Shown here: piece after piece, positions 35,254 to 37,077 of the stretch
Layout of the letters: each line of letters opens with the position of its first letter
Position numbering within the stretch: position 1 is the stretch's first letter
Virus record (IMG/VR): IMGVR_UViG_3300003375_000069
Location: 1 to 37,077 of that record
Source: a virus
Taxonomy: Duplodnaviria; Caudoviricetes
Direction: 5' to 3' (one strand)
Length of the DNA: 37,077 nt
Notes under the pieces: generated by a model
What the model was told of the DNA's origin: nothing
What the model saw: the letters and a program-made list of their open reading frames with translations, nothing else
The model's database searches: none
Translations under genes and position numbers: made by a program

Positions 35254-35598
35254 ATGACACCCACAGAATACCGCGACCCAACCGCGGCACTGATCGCCGC
35301 AGAGATCGCCAATGACCTCTACGACGCAGACATCGCCTCGTACCTCCCGAACATCACCCGCCCGGAACGGCTCGCCGAGATCGTCGAGGACCTCTCCGAC
35401 CTCGTCAAGGAATCCCGCGTCGCTGAGTGCGACCCGATCCAGTGGGCTGAGCAGCAAGACGCCCGTTACGGCAGTCGGGTGTGGGACGCAGCCGCGAGCC
35501 GCGTGCAGGACCTCGCTGAGGAATTCGCGGGTCTCATCGCGGATGTTATCGCTGAGAATCACGCGACGCTGCGGGTCCTCGCCGAGGTGTCGGCATGA
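35254..35598 (+). CDS. Hypothetical early protein
   Basis: ATG 35254 in frame with track ORF 35185..35598; ATGA overlap with the next gene. Confidence 0.6.
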   Translation: MTPTEYRDPTAALIAAEIANDLYDADIASYLPNITRPERLAEIVEDLSDLVKESRVAECDPIQWAEQQDARYGSRVWDAAASRVQDLAEEFAGLIADVIAENHATLRVLAEVSA

Positions 35599-35876
35599 CC
35601 GCCGACGAGAAGCGCGCCGAGGCGATCCGTGTCCTGTTCTTTCAGATGCCCGCCAGTGAACGCCGTGTCGATGTGTTCCGCGGTCTGGTCCCGAACCTCA
35701 CGGGCGAGGCTTTCCTCACGCAGTACGTCCTACTCGACCGAGCGCGCCACCAGAGGTCCGCTGAGATAATTGAGCAGACGATCGAGCTAGACAACGCGGC
35801 CGCTCTCGCTGATCAAGCTGACCGCCTAATGCGCATGCTCGACGGCCGCGCGGGACTCGCCGAGGTGTCGGTATGA
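35595..35876 (+). CDS. Hypothetical early protein
   Basis: GAGGTG SD; ATGA overlaps at both ends. Confidence 0.65.
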   Translation: MTADEKRAEAIRVLFFQMPASERRVDVFRGLVPNLTGEAFLTQYVLLDRARHQRSAEIIEQTIELDNAAALADQADRLMRMLDGRAGLAEVSV

Positions 35877-36781
35877 GCCCACGCCTCGCACGGCTCCCAC
35901 GTTACGAGCCCGGATCACCGCAGTGGCACGAACAGCGAGCCCTGTCCATCGGTGGATCTGAGATCGCCGCAGTCATGGGTATTTCGCCGTGGAACTCGCC
36001 GTTTTCTCTTTGGCATCAGAAGAAAGCTCTCGTCCCCCAGAACATCGAGGACAACGAGCCGATGTATTGGGGCCGCGCTCACGAGGCAGCGATCGCCACT
36101 CGGTTCGCCGCCGAGCACCCCGAGTGGAAGGTCCGACGGACCCCCACATTCCAGGTGATCGACCGGCCGGAGCAGCTTGTATCCGCTGACCGCGACGTGA
36201 TGATCGGCCCACGCCAGCACCGGCCGCTGGAAATCAAGCACTCACGTGACTCTGACGGGTGGGGGAAGCCCGGCACAGACGACATCCCGATCTACTACCG
36301 CACGCAGGGAATATGGCAGGCCGACATCCTCGGGGCGGACCTCTGCTATTTCGCGGTCCTCATCGCCGGGATGGAGTACCGCGAGTACATCGTCGAAAAA
36401 GACGACACCGAAGCGGCGATCCTCCGCGAGGAGGCCCGGAAATTCCGCGCGACGTTGATCGCCGACGTGCGGCCGCCGATCGACTCGCACGGGGCCACCT
36501 ACACAGCAGTGAAGAACCTGCATCCGCAAATCAACGACGACGAGATCAGTCTCGACCGTCGCCTAGCCGAGCATTTCGTCCGGTCCCGCCTCGCCCTGAA
36601 GGCAGCGGAAGCCGAAGCGCAGCTAGCGACCTCACTTGTAGCTGACCGTCTCGGCAACGGCAAGTACGCGAAATACGGCGAAGCCACGTTGGCGCGCCGA
36701 CAGTCCCGCGGCGACGGCACACCGTACCTAGTCGCAGCGCCCCACCTTGACCGCATCGACCTCACCGAGAAAGCAGCCTGA
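35873..36781 (+). CDS. YqaJ-like (lambda exonuclease/RecE-type) exonuclease
   Basis: GSPQWHEQRALSIGGSEIAAVMGISPWNSPFSLWHQK, WGRAHE, SADR, LEIK, IPIYYRTQ. Confidence 0.93.
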   Translation: MSPRLARLPRYEPGSPQWHEQRALSIGGSEIAAVMGISPWNSPFSLWHQKKALVPQNIEDNEPMYWGRAHEAAIATRFAAEHPEWKVRRTPTFQVIDRPEQLVSADRDVMIGPRQHRPLEIKHSRDSDGWGKPGTDDIPIYYRTQGIWQADILGADLCYFAVLIAGMEYREYIVEKDDTEAAILREEARKFRATLIADVRPPIDSHGATYTAVKNLHPQINDDEISLDRRLAEHFVRSRLALKAAEAEAQLATSLVADRLGNGKYAKYGEATLARRQSRGDGTPYLVAAPHLDRIDLTEKAA

Positions 36782-36785
36782 CGAC

Positions 36786-37077
36786 ATGACCACCATCGCT
36801 GAAGCAACCACAGAGCCAACACCGGAATCGTCGACGGAACTCGTGAGACGCGACAATTCCCCGCGTGGCTTGATCGCGCAGTACTCCGAGGACTTCGCAG
36901 CGGTCCTACCTGCGCACATATCCGCCGCGACTTTCGTCCGAGTGGCTCAGGGCGCCCTCAAGAAGGGCAAGAAAACGAGGGTGAAAGTCGACGGGAAATG
37001 GGTCGAAAAATTCAACCTCGAAATCGCCGCAGAAAACAACCCTGCCGCGTTTCTGTCTGCCCTGCTCGACGCGGCCC
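36786..37077 (+). CDS. recT: RecT-like single-strand annealing protein (partial, runs off the window)
   Basis: ATG 36786; YSEDFAAVLPAHISAATFVRVAQGALKK...NNPAAFLSALLDAA is the RecT N-terminus; directly follows YqaJ. Confidence 0.85.
   Translation, partial: MTTIAEATTEPTPESSTELVRRDNSPRGLIAQYSEDFAAVLPAHISAATFVRVAQGALKKGKKTRVKVDGKWVEKFNLEIAAENNPAAFLSALLDAA

Overview
A high-GC actinobacterial temperate siphophage, with phage genes running through the whole window. Order: small accessory genes (1-2.7 kb); TerS and TerL; a portal protein fused to a Nudix hydrolase; a MuF-like head protein with a long C-terminal extension, followed by a tiny coupled ORF; XkdF-like prohead protease; scaffold; major capsid; neck genes; tail tube; tail assembly chaperone; tape measure; a second tail-tube paralog; minor tail proteins; lysis cassette (DUF1906/GH25-like + LysM endolysin, doubled r1t-type holin); a beta-helix tailspike module; a divergently transcribed Zn-finger/LPD29/HTH island; a lipoprotein; an attP carrying the 3' half of a tRNA (probably Lys) with arm-type repeats; tyrosine integrase; a membrane protein with a degenerate GGDEF-like domain; XRE repressor; excisionase/Cro-like HTH; and a YqaJ/RecT recombination pair (RecT cut off by the window end). 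The most striking system is in the head module. A canonical -1 slippery heptamer (C CCA AAA, 7348-7354) followed by a hairpin 6 nt downstream would join portal-Nudix to MuF as a ~1293-aa polyprotein. A repeated [IV]-x-K-[AS] motif, probably the prohead protease site, brackets the Nudix domain and recurs throughout the scaffold. Together these suggest a portal-tethered, frameshift-dosed, protease-released way of loading cargo enzymes into the virion. Family assignments come from motif recognition and gene order only; no database search was run.
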